Assembly (NCBI GenBank): GCA_051362555.1
Contig: CM120649.1
Span: forward strand, 10,602,001 to 10,666,000
Length of the DNA: 64,000 nt
Reading direction: 5' to 3'
Source: Lingula anatina
Taxonomy: Eukaryota; Animalia; Brachiopoda
Shown one piece after another: positions 1 through 12,700 of the stretch. Each line of letters opens with the position of its first letter. The stretch's first letter is position 1. The notes beneath the pieces are model-generated. The model made no database searches. It worked only from the letters and a program-made list of their open reading frames with translations, and had not been told where the DNA came from. A program made the position numbers and the translations under genes.

Positions 1-445
1 CTTTGTACATGTTAACATGCAGTAGTACCTAGTATATATAATAAAAAGTTCATATCTCCAAAGCTTTGATTAAACATGACAGCAAGCTAGTTGACATTTT
101 ATAGACTGGTTTAAATGGTCGATGCCAAAACCCTTTAACCTACTAATATAACCTAGCAGGAGCAGGCAACCAGAAGGAACAGTGTCCAAAACTGAACAAA
201 TTTATATTTTATTGGGAAAGGTTCAGTTTTACTTAAGTGCAGGGCCATTGTCCATCTTGTTAACTGTGTTCACTATACATTTTATTGTTGGCATGCTTCT
301 CCCATTTACTTCAATTTGGAAAATATGGCATAATGTTGCACCTTTAAAAAATCTATACTGATATCATTATATGTTTGAATATGTGAGAAAGCAGTTAACA
401 TTCAATATAATTATAATGTGTCACTATACTGTTACTAACAGTACT

Positions 446-598
446 AGGTACAAAGTCTTACCAGCAAGAGTGAGATCACTTTAAGAGCATGTTTTGACAA
501 TTCAGTAGTAATAACACACCCCTAAATTGTGCTTGGTACAAAGTCTGACCAGCAAGAGTTACATCACTTTAAGAGCATGTTTTGACAATGCAGCAGTG
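446..598. repeat. Diverged ~88-bp-period direct duplication in a TMCO3 intron
   Basis: GGTACAAAGTCT..CCAGCAAGAGT..CATCACTTTAAGAGCATGTTTTGACAAT occurs at ~447 and ~535. Confidence 0.75.
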
Positions 599-999
599 GC
601 ATCCATCACAACTGGTGACATAAATGTCACTGACATCTAAATTCCCATTGGCTACTAGATGACTAATTTCAGACTATATTCAAAATCAAGTGATATAACA
701 GCTAGAACCCATCTATTTACATGTGCACAAGGTAAACTTTCAACATGCAAATATACGATCATTCATTTCCATAAGTTCTGGCACCCCATGTTTTAGGCAT
801 AAGGGTTTGAGACATTGCCAAAAGCAAGCAAACAACTGTCACATCCTCACTGCAGATAGGGAGACAATTCAAGGTAAGATTAATAATGCTTTAACTTAAT
901 GATTATATCAAACAAAGGAAAATATACAGAAATTTGCAAATAAATAAAATGATAAAATAAATACAAGGTAGCAAAGCTGTCAAATGTGCACACAAAAAG

Positions 1000-1910
1000 A
1001 AAATGATGATGCACAACATAGGTTATTTTGTCAATTTTGATGCAATAATACATTACGCTTAAAAGCAAAGTCAACACCAAATTTTACTTATGCACAGTCC
1101 ACAGGTGACACTGGTGTTAGGAATATGTAAGAAGCACAAGGCTTCAGGCCCATGAGAGTTTAAATTCACCCAATGTGATGTGTGCCACAATGAGAAAAAT
1201 AAAAGTTTCACACTGTATAAATTCAAGAAAAAAAAAAAAAAAAACAATCTAGCTGGTTTTCCTGTTTGAGCTGTTTGTCAACCCTAAGAATCATTCTTGT
1301 AAGTTATAAAATAATAACACAGTTTTCATAGCATTTGTGGTGGCAGCGCACAAAACAGATTTTTTTGTCAATTTTGATGCAATATTACGTATATTAACAG
1401 CATAATCACCACCAATTTTAGTTATCTTATATATTTAACATGGACATTCAGAAAATATAACTAACATACAGCTTTATTCTTATTGAGAGTTCTAATTCCC
1501 ACATTGAAAATGCCAACATGTGAAAAAATGAACATTTCACAAAAACTGCACTTCTTCCAGAAAATTAATCCAGTCAGGCTGGTTTTGCAATTTAAGATGT
1601 ATTTTCAATCCTGTGAATCCTTTCTGTAAGTTTGAGAATCATAAATGACATGGTTTTCATATAATGGTCATTGTGGCAGCAGTGTCCAAAATGCATTTTT
1701 TTTAAAATTTTGATGAAATATTACACAATGCTTAAAAGCACAACCACCACTGTTTAATTATGGGATGCAATGCAGGTAACATTTAAAAAATGTAATTAAC
1801 AAAGGTCTTCAGGCCCATGGAAGTTCAAAGTCATGCCTGAAAATGCCATTATATGTGAAAAATGAAGATCAACATTTCACATAAAAAAAAAAAAAAAAAA
1901 AAAGAAACTT
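1000..1910. repeat. Old tandem repeat, ~335-bp unit, about 3 diverged copies
   Basis: AATTTTGATG(C/A)AATA recurs at ~1033, ~1370 and ~1706; CTTCAGGCCCATG at 1143 and 1807; AACATTTCAC at ~1531 and ~1871. Confidence 0.65.
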
Positions 1911-2305
1911 TATGTGTTATCTGGATTGCATATATACTGGAAATAAAAGACAACATTACTTTTGGAAAATGGACTGATCAAGCTGATTTTCAAACTCTAC
2001 CTGCATTTATACTTACTTATACTATATTTATACAATACTTCAGTTCTGTAAATAGTCTTTCCCTTGACCTGTTATCTCTGAGATTGCAAAGCTAATACAG
2101 CGATGGTGATTCCATCTGTGTCTGCACATAAAAAATCCTGTTGATCTCAGCATTTTTCTAGAGCTTATATTCATGTAAGAAGTGATTAAAAAATTATAAA
2201 TCTGATGACTTTAATTCATTAAACTATCACATGTAAATCAATCCAGCTGAATGGTCATAGGTGGTTCATGTACTTTCCTTTTGCAAGAGGACAGTAGAGA
2301 TTTTC

Positions 2306-2339
<34 letters not shown>

Positions 2340-3597
2340 TAACATTATAAAGATACCTGGTGTTTTTAGTCATCAGAACAGGCTTACTATTTGAAACAAA
2401 ACATCAGAAATTATGCATACTGTCACTTTAAATTCTGACAAAATTATCCATTAATTTTAGAATATTCTCCACCATTCCTTCATGACATAGCCCTATAGCA
2501 CTGTTGTCCATATCTTTTACATGTACCAGTACAGGGCTATATACATATATATATGAATATGCATTGTTTGTATGAGGAATAGTAACACATCATTTGACCA
2601 ATTCCATCCCCAGCATATGTGTGATGTGTTCATCATGCAGTTCAATGCATCAACACCTTTTCACACTCTACAAACTCTGTCCTTACGGAGGAAAAGATGT
2701 CATTTCAAAGTTGGCCAATGTCCTTAAACTGACAAGACATAGCATTTAAATTGATCCATTTCTCCTATAAATAACAGATAATTCAATGTTAGATAAAACA
2801 GAGTACTACACTCGATTGATATTTTACATGGTAAAAAAACGTCAAAATTCACCACTGTCACAGACTGATAAGATTTTGAGGCGGTTTGCAGGTGAAGAGA
2901 CACACATGATAAATATTTATGACAATGTTGGTTTAGTATCTTAAGGCAGGATCTAAGGTTCTAGACTTATAATTTTAAAGTAATATGTAAGTAAAAACTG
3001 TGATTTAGAAATACATGTATTACTTGGGAGTAATAATTGTAAATTTCTTGAGAATTACAAGGATACAGACCAAATGTATAAATGCTGCAGCAGTAATTAG
3101 ATTGTGGTTTTGGAACGGTTCTAAAAAATTCTAACACAGCTGCCAACTTAACCTTTTGTGGTTGCTGTGATAATCTTAGCAGGGATGAGACTGCCATTTA
3201 GTGAAAAAGTCAGATATATGGTATGGGGTCAAGGGGGGTATCTAGGCTAACAATATTTTTGGTTTTCAAATAGTCAGAAATCCCCTGATAGTAAAAAATC
3301 TCCTTCTCTGCCTCAGTCAGCCTCATAGCAATCAGGGTTTTGCAGGTTCCAAGATCCTCCTTTTTGTCGTGAAAAGGTCTGCTCTGAGTAAAAATTGATC
3401 TAGGTATATGAAGGTTTTGTGGTAAAAGGTCCACTTTTTGAGAAAAAGAGCCCCTCCCTTTGAAATTGCTGACTCTGGGCCTGTTAGTTATTCTGTACAT
3501 ACAATCCTACTAAATGTTTCAAACTACATTTTAACCAAATAGGTCATTTGAACAAGGATAAATAAACATACTGGTAGATATATAAATAAATGCAATA

Positions 3598-3628
<31 letters not shown>

Positions 3629-4044
3629 CAAGGAAAAAATAAAACAAATCAATTACATAATTATAGTTCCCATATTAAAAAATTAGGATAATGACAGGCT
3701 GTATGTCTATAACTATTTCGATAGCATTGAAATTCATAAATGTAAAAAATAAGAGATTTCTTGGGGAGATAATTAAAATGGCAAACCGCATGTCAATATA
3801 GTTACAGTGTATTATTGTTTCAGGTCACATGTTTAGCATTCAAAATCCATGAATTACATACTGGCGGCAGTCAAAAAATATGAATGGAATTCAAAAAGTT
3901 CTACCACATTTTTGAGAATTCCGAAGTGGTCAAAAGCACTTAAATTCAAATGTGTTTAGTTAATATTAACTGAAAATGTAAGTATTGAGTAAATGTTTTT
4001 CAGTATTCAAACTTTGAAACAGAACACAGTCAAGCTACATTAAA

Positions 4045-5484
4045 ATGAAGGCCCTGGTTTTCTGCACATTGCTGATTCTTGTCGCCATCTTGATCCACAA
4101 GGGAGAAGCCCATCAGTAAGTACTGTGTTTTCATGCATTGTCTAGAAGTCTTCATTTTTATCAGTCTTCATTTCATCACCCTATTGCAAGTATCTTTTAA
4201 AATTGTTATAAAAATAATATTGTAGTCTAACTGTAGCTGTAATGTAATTACAGATTAAATTAACTAGAAAAAAGTTGTATATTGTAAAGTTATACCTGCT
4301 AGTCATTGTACAAATGTAGTGAATAATTGTTTTAATTTAAATTTATAATAAACCTTTGCAAATCAGAATTTCTGTAAAGGAGTGAAAACCTCATGGTGCA
4401 TTTTATTTTAAATCTGTTGGTTATTTGCTTGATCTGGAAGAATTCTACATAAAACAGTGTTATTGAATTTACCAATCTGTCCACATCAGTTTACAAAAAT
4501 TAAGACTTGAGAATTTCAAAGCTCCAAAATACAGTGAACCTTTGGTGACATTTATGATGTCATTCTCATCTATAGGCCAGTAATGGACTTTCTGACACAA
4601 AGCCACTGTAACTAAATTTTGAAAACTTTTGAATGAAAATTTTTAAGTATTACTTACAAAATACTATAATAATTCCTGATGATGAAAAAAATGTACATTT
4701 AATATTTGATGGAATTTTATGAGTTATTTTCATAAGAGAACTGGTAACATTTTTAAAGCTGTTGTTGATTAGGCTTTTGGCAAAACCATTTTTAATTATG
4801 AATAAAACAGTGCATATATATTATAGATAAATACAAACAACAATATATACTGAAGTTCTAGATCTACCGATTTACATTTTTATGCAATTAAGAGATTCTA
4901 TGATAATTCAGATTGGGTCAAGAGATATTTCCAAAATTAAAACCGTCACAGGCACCCATTAAACATGACTTGAACATTTTTTGTGTCTCAGCTAGACTCA
5001 GCCTAGATTCTCAAGTACAACTGACAAAAAACGTCCAAAGTCATACATAAATGTATCCCACAGGAATAACCTTGGATTGTGTTATTTTGATAATATAAAA
5101 GGTATTTAAGCCATGGCATGAGCCAGTCACCCCCCCACACAAAAACAAATATAACAACTTAAGTATGCAAATCATGTGGCTTTTTAAAAATAAATTATTA
5201 TCATATTTTTCATTATTGTTATCATTATCCTTATTAATTTATCATTAATATATCTATCTATCTATCTATCTATCTTCAGATGTCCAGGTGATCTGACCTA
5301 CTACCATGAGTGTCGGCCATGTAACCAGTACTGTGAGATGGGTGATCCCAGTGAACCCTGCAAACTGGAGTGTCGCCCAGGGTGTGCCTGTCCCAAGGGA
5401 CAGTTCAGAATACCAGGGACAAATGACTGCCGAGAATCTTGTGATGATAGCGACGATACAATATTAGCATTGCTTCGTCAATAA
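4045..5484 (+). CDS. Small secreted TIL-domain (trypsin-inhibitor-like, 10-Cys) protein, 91 aa, 2 coding exons, nested antisense in a TMCO3 intron
   Basis: Exon 4045-4115 (AAAATG context; MKALVFCTLLILVAILIHKGEAH, signal-peptide-like; donor CA|GTAAGT) joins in frame to exon 5280-5484 (acceptor TTCAG|A), giving QCPGDLTYYHECRPCNQYCEMGDPSEPCKLECRPGCACPKGQFRIPGTNDCRESCDDSDDTILALLRQ*. Ten Cys with TIL spacing including GCxCxxG; AATAAA at 5540. Confidence 0.88.
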
Positions 5485-6731
5485 GCTCTGTTGAGTAAGA
5501 CCTGCCTGTTCAATATCAGATATTATATAAAATTATTTTAATAAAATATAACCATCATAATAATCATAATAATCATAGCAGGTTTAATCATCTTGCTCAG
5601 GACAGAAGGTGACACTGAAAATAAGGAACGTGCCTGTCTTCAACAGACAATGGAATACATCAGACTATGGCTAAGAATGACCAGGAAAATGTCATGAATT
5701 AAATACAGCCTTTGCTCAGCCTTTTATTTTAGAAATATAGTTATTTCAGTCTAATAACTGACTGTCACACAAATCCAAACTTGAGTCAAATCCATACCAA
5801 TATTTGGGTTAAAAAATAGTACATACTCCCTTTTGTCATGAAGCCCATTTCTGAAAGATGTTCCTTGATCAGTGGATGCCCAGAAATAGAGAGAGAACAT
5901 GTATAGTGCTTATAAATTGAAATGACTAACAAGCTGCACAAAATATGTTGTAATAAATCAAATGGAATATTATGCTTGAACTGTTACAGGTTTGAATATA
6001 TAAACCAAACATACATCAGAGAATCTTGAATAGCTATAATGATGATAATGACTGCGACATACTACATTATTTAAGAGCATTCAAATAAATCATATAATTT
6101 CCCTTAGCAAAATAACAGGCCTGCTGAAAATGTTGCTTCAATAAAATTTTTCTTGCAAACTCCTCCAAACTCGATGTCATAAACTTTAAGTTTGCAGCCA
6201 TTTTGGTTACAAATAAATGTTATCTGTGGCCAGACAAAGGTTTTCTGTGTCTCTAGCTATCCATCTACTCCATAGCTCTCTCAGTATCTATCTAATAGTT
6301 ACTGTATCTATCTACATGTGTCTATCTATTTATTTATCTAATTATCTATCTATAAATAATTATATAAGTAGATAAACAAGTAGTCCATCAAGGCAATCAT
6401 ATATTATGAAGGTAGTAAACATTTAGAAAACTAGTATAGAGATCAAGCTTGCTAATTATGTAAGTGCACCTGCCTTTAATATCCACTAAACTTGTCATTA
6501 AATATCTGCATGATTTGGCAACTACAAATCTATTTTGTCTTTTTAATCAACATAATAAATTGAGTTGAGCTGGCTATGAAATCATTTTGGTGAAAAAGGC
6601 AAGTACTAATGAAAATAGGATGCTTAAAATCAAACAAGCACCAGCCCAATATTCACACAAAATCAGTCACTTCCAACATCCTATATAAATTTACTAATTG
6701 TATATAATTAGCTTATAAAGCTCAACCTCAC

Positions 6732-9700
6732 CTTTCTGAGTTTAGCTGGAGAAAATTCCAGTCCCACCACAAAGAGAATGAAGAAGACGCCTAGCTCCCC
6801 TATGCTCTCTACCTGGATGACAGACTGAAAACAACAGAACAACACTCTTATAATTATAATGTTTGTATTGTACTAGTATTTTAGAAATCCCTCCAGTTTA
6901 TCTCTGGCCAGCTGACCTTGTGAGCTTCTAAAACAAAAATGTTATAAAAAGAAAAAAAGAAACATATTACATCTGCTGGTAGTTTGATAGATGTGAACAC
7001 ACTTTAGGCCAGTAAGATAAAGTACTCCAAAAATTTTTCATTACTTTTCTATCTGAATCAACTTATTAAGGGGTTTATCGACAAGTCCTTGTTCTGGAAC
7101 TTAACTTTAATCAGTTAAACTATATTCATTCTGCTAGTATCTGGATTTTTAAAGGTATACATTGAGTGTTAGACCTTAAGAGCGCGTCCATGAGAAAGCC
7201 AGACAGATCAGTCAGAAGGTGGCAAGGTGGGGGTCAGCAGATTTTAATAATTTTTGGTGTGGTAAACCATCAACATAAAATATATCGTGAGCCACTGACT
7301 TTCTTATTTTGGATCATTAGTTTTAGAGATATGGGGGCAGATCTTTTATTGGCAATTTTGCCAAAATATAGCACTTTTTAGCTCTTGAAAAGTTATAATT
7401 TTAAATATTCTTTTAAAAAATCATGTACAGCATAAGGAATTATTAAGGTAAGCCACATGATAGGTTAAGGAAAGACCTTTAATACCCAGTACAGATTTTT
7501 TGAAAAGGCACTGTCATGACCACACAAGGTTGATTCTAATAAGGCATGTTTTCCGTATGCTTGACCCCCTCCCCTTCTTTAAATGCACACAACTTCTTTT
7601 TTGCAGGTTTTATCCATATAATTTTGGTATGTGCTGATAGAAAAGGGTTGAAAAATAAATTTTGTAAAATAAAATCTGTGTTAAACCTTGTAAAATAAGA
7701 ACTACAACAATTTTAAAAAGGGCCTAAAAACGAATATTTTTATACTACTTAAATGCTAAACTGTTTCTTCAACTAAATAAATAAGTCAAAACCATGTATA
7801 GGTTTGTGAAAAGCCCTTAAAATAATTATGTTTGCCCTGCAGACGAACTTATGAAGCGAAAATGCATTTTTTTAAATTTGTTTATGTTGTAGAAACTAAA
7901 TGTAAAATAACGATGCTAACTCTGTGACCTATTTTCAACCTGGCGGGTACTAGGATTATCACCGGAGCAGCTGTGGAGCAAAGCACATCGTCTTCACAGT
8001 GTTAAAACATAATACTTTCTTAAATTTATGAAGAACACGCACTAGAGATGCTTAAGTACATCTCAGAAGGATTGGTGTGCACCAGAATATAACAAGAAAT
8101 GACCATAGCAGCTGGTCGTTCTTAGAATGTGCATTTTTTGGTTGAACCACTTAGACTGTTGTCAGGCTTGGGTTCCTCAATATATCCATCTCATCGATTT
8201 AGCTCTGGATGTTTGTTGTAAGGTAAGTGATCAGTGGTGGCATACATATACTAGAATCAGATACACAAAAAACTCAAACCAGTTTAAATAATACGTTTGA
8301 ATATTATTCAGTAATATAAAGAATATAAGCAAATTTTAAAGACATACTGGTATATTTCAATTCACAGAGTTTTACTTGATTTCTGTTTCATGGTAAACAT
8401 GTATGCTGAAAAGAATTAACTGTGTATCTAACTTATAAAGTATATTTTTGCATTAAATTCTAGGGCTTTGTTACATGTGTTATCATAACACAAACAGTTA
8501 AGGACTATGCTGAGCTTGAAGACAGCTTCATAAGAAATTTTTTACCCAGAATCAAAGGTATGTAACACACATTCAGTTTCAAGTTTTGGCATTTTAGGGG
8601 ATGTTACTTGTGCCAGTTTTTTACATTTTAGTTTTATATTCACTTTGCAGATTTGTGTGTTTACAATGAAGTTGAAGTTAACCGCCTGTGCTTCAATTTT
8701 CAAGACTTACATATATTACACAGGACACTTGTAACTAAAGGTACTTATGTAAAATCAGGAAAACTTTGCGGTCCATTATGTTGTTCATGTTGCTTTGCAA
8801 GGGGGCGTGCCATACAATTAAGCTGATTACAACGACTGAGCCCGAGTGTGATACTCCGCTGAGATAGATTGATCCTGCTACGATAGTTTCTATTCTGAAC
8901 ACAGTAAGCCTCTGTTGTTGTAAAGCATTTATTGATGTTATGTTTATTTTTCAGAATTTACATCCTAGGCCTGTATGTGAACCTTGACCTGGACAATCTT
9001 ACAGACAATAATAGAAAAGTCACCTGAAATTGCACAGGCAAATTCATCAGATTCAGATGTGAGCACCAACTTTGTAATGCCTGGAACACTTCCACGGAGA
9101 AGAAAAAAGGTTTACCTTTTTTTCATTTGTTTCTTTTTATATCATGAAATTCTGGTAGCTACAGTCATGCATATTTGATTTCTTTTTTTACATTTATGCA
9201 ATATGTTTGATCAGAATATTATTTAGTAATTGTTCTTATACAGCAATTAACATGAGTTTAAAATATGTTTAATACATTTTCTTTTGACAGCCTGTCCTGC
9301 CATCTTCAGGTAGACGCAGTAGTGGATGTCCTGGCAAACCTCTATTTGACTTGGAGGAGCCACCTTGGGACAATCCCCCATGACAAATGTGCATCTTTGT
9401 CTTGGCAATCTCATTCAGTTTTGTAGGAAAGGAGGATTGGCGCCATTGAATTTACAAATATTGACAATTGACAGTTCAGTCACACTAAACTATAGTGGCA
9501 TGTTGCTTCAAGTTACCACACTTATTCTAAGATTGCTGAATTATCATTACTGTAGGAGACCCTGGATCTCTCAACCAGAAGAAGAAACTTGGGGATCAAT
9601 CAGTTATAAGATTAAAATCTGTGGAACACTACCCATCACTGTTGTGTTCAGTATATGGAAAAGATGGCCGTGATATAGGAACCTTGGAGATTCATAACTT

Positions 9701-12700
9701 GATTTCACTCCTGTAAAAAGTAACTGCTTTGTTCTTTTACTGTCCAATTGATAATATGAAAATAAAGTACTCCTCCTGTCATTGTATGTTGCTGACTCTG
9801 TTTTAATTTTCTTTATAGATAAAGAATATAGATATCAAGATATCACATGTATTTACAAAGCCTATGAATCATTAGAAAGGAAAAAGAATGGTTGAAAAAT
9901 GCAATATAAATCATTTCAAGTGGATTAATTAGTGTTGCACTTGAGAAAACTGATAAAATGAGACAGTCATTCCCTTTTACCTTTAGAAAAATCATTTGTA
10001 ATTTTTTTTCTCTATTGCTCCCTGAAAATAAGGTATATACACAATGCTGATGACACTGGATATGCACAGTAATAACTTATTAAATGGAGGGGGGGGGGAT
10101 AACTTGTAATTTAAATTTATTCAGAAGTTGTATGGCTCTGTTTGAAAAGAATATTATTTGAGCAATCCTGTATTACAGATCTCAAAATAAAAAACCTGCA
10201 AAAATGGGCCTCTTGATTATTTTGAGGAATTAGGGTAACTGTATTTTTGGGACAGATTTGATGGCAGCCATTTTGTATTTATAAAAATTGGATAGATTTG
10301 CCCTTATCAAAGCATAGTTTGAATTCCTGGCTGTGAGTCTTTGATTAAATTTGATTATTGGAAGGAATTTTATCTCAAAATGTACTGATATCTTGATTTT
10401 GGCCGTTTGGTTTTCTGCTAAAATTGCTTAAGTTTGAGGCACTTTTTCAATATCTTCTGTTGTGTTTAACACACTTTTTGAATTTTGTATGATTAGACCA
10501 ATATATGTTTAGGATCCCTATAAAATTTTATGGCTGTCAAGCCTGCAAAAAGAGAGATATGAATGCTTGAACATTGCTTGGTAGAAAAGTGAGTTTGGGG
10601 GGTGGGGTCATAAAAATGGGCGTGGCTCGTTAGTTTGTGGGTTAAACTGAAATTTAGTAACATATTCTCAATGGCAAATGGCTGGTTTAAATAGGTAAAT
10701 TTTCAATTAATTTTAAAAAGTCGTCAGTTTTGACATATTTGCTTATGAAGTGGCTTTATTGACCGAAGCTGAAAATTAAGCCAAAAATGGCCAAAACATA
10801 TAATATCATATTATAATTATATCCAATGATTTCTTTTGGGATTGTTGCCTTCAATCTTAATATCTCCTATATATGCAACAATATTATGAATTTGGTTGAA
10901 ATCTGTTGACCCCCACCTTGCCACCCTCTGACTGGTCTTATCATGGACACACACTTAATAAGTTTTCCACAGCAAAATTTATTGTCCTGGAAATTTCAAC
11001 ATTTTCTTTATCACCAGGGTATATGGCATAATTATCCAAAACTGGTGCAAACATGCTGAAAACTTTTCAGAATGGCCGGACATTTGGACCGGCAGTAATG
11101 AAAAATTTGTCAGGCCGCTTGGATTTTTGTCGGACCGAAAATAACCTATGCGTTTGAGACAGATACTACCACTACAATTAGGGTACTGTATATATGTAGC
11201 TTACTTTGTTTGTTAATGTGATAGGTTTGAAATGGAAGGAAAAAATGCTTTGGGTTTTATATAATTTTATTAGTGAATTATGTCGAATGACGACTGTAAA
11301 TTCAAAATTGCGGCTCTTAAAACTCTTGTCAGTCCTTTGGACTGACTAAATCTAATTTTTTACCGGTCCAGAAAAATTTTCTCGGTCATGACCAATCAGA
11401 CAGACAGTTTCAGCATGTCTGCTGGTGATAGAATTAAGATCCACTTGTTTTTTTTTCTATTTATTTTTTATTTTTTGAGTCAGTCCCACAATGGAGGTCC
11501 CAGTATAACACCTGCCACCACAAACCCAAACATATGTATGTCTTTATTATAACAGTATAGCCTACCTTGACTATGTTGAGTCCTGAGGGTCCCAGTATAA
11601 AACCTGCCACCACAAACCCAAACATATGTATGTCTTTATTATAACAGTATAGCCTACCTTGACTATGTTGAGTCCTGAGGGTCCCAGTATAACACCTGCC
11701 ACCACAAACCCAAACATACTGGGTAGCTGTAGTGCCTGACACAGCCAGCCCAGGAGGAATGCCAGGACTGTCAGCGATATCAAGTCCTGGGAAAGATAAA
11801 ACAATTGTTAAGTAAACTGTTATACAGAGCGTGTGTGTGTTTGTGTGCGTTTGTGACCTCTTCCATTGTAACAGTTTATCAATTTTTTAAAATAACTAGG
11901 CCAAGCACAATTATACTGATTTTTTTCCATACATCATTAAAATACTACAAAAACATCATGCAGTTAAAACTCATTCATTTTTCCTTTTTGTAAGAAATCT
12001 GCCATTTTGTACTGGAAATGTTCCCAGTAGGAGTGGTTGGAATTTACTCTGTTTTGTCACATGACAAACATGCACAAGTGACCAAGTGACACAAAAGTGT
12101 GTAGGCAAGAGAACAACACACTTGCATATATATGTACTGACAAACGCAGACAATCACACACACACACATGCACACGCACACACACACAAATAAAGACATG
12201 GGCATGCACAACACTCACATGCGCACACACAAATACACACACAAATAAAGACATGGGCATTCACAACAACACAAAACATGCATACACACACACACACACA
12301 CACACACACTCTTAGGGACCATTCCCACAGATATCTGGATCGATCTATCTCCCTGGAGAGTCTCAGGGAGTTAGACCGATCCAGATGGATCAATCTAGGC
12401 ATGGGAACCCAGTCTTAAGTAACCTGAATAAGCTGATGGTCCTCTATTGGCACTGTGGAATCTTTGGACTTGGACAGAATGTACTGGTTTCCCTGGGAGT
12501 CTACCAGCTTCACATGGCCACTGCTCTCCTTGGGTTTGGCTGAACTGCTGTTCACTGCAGGGGGCCCACTGTCATCACTGAGGCGAATCACGGCCTCGAT
12601 GTTATCTCCTTTGGACTGAGAAAAGAACGGACATGCAAATTGAACTGTAAAATTAATTACATAATCATAATTATATAATCATCTGATGTGTTAATTACAC

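Noticed and set aside
460-640. Possible further TMCO3 exon near the minus-strand GCTG|GTAAG at ~460
   Set aside because: All frames hit stops or lack similarity to the expected next TMCO3 segment; it is a local duplication.
2766-2835. TATA box plus a short exon as the promoter of the TIL gene
   Set aside because: Plausible but unsupported: splicing to 4004 would create an out-of-frame upstream ATG, and TCAGT at ~4000 could equally be an initiator.
12057-12402. ORFs with VCVC/HTHT repeats
   Set aside because: Translations of CA microsatellite and MITE sequence.
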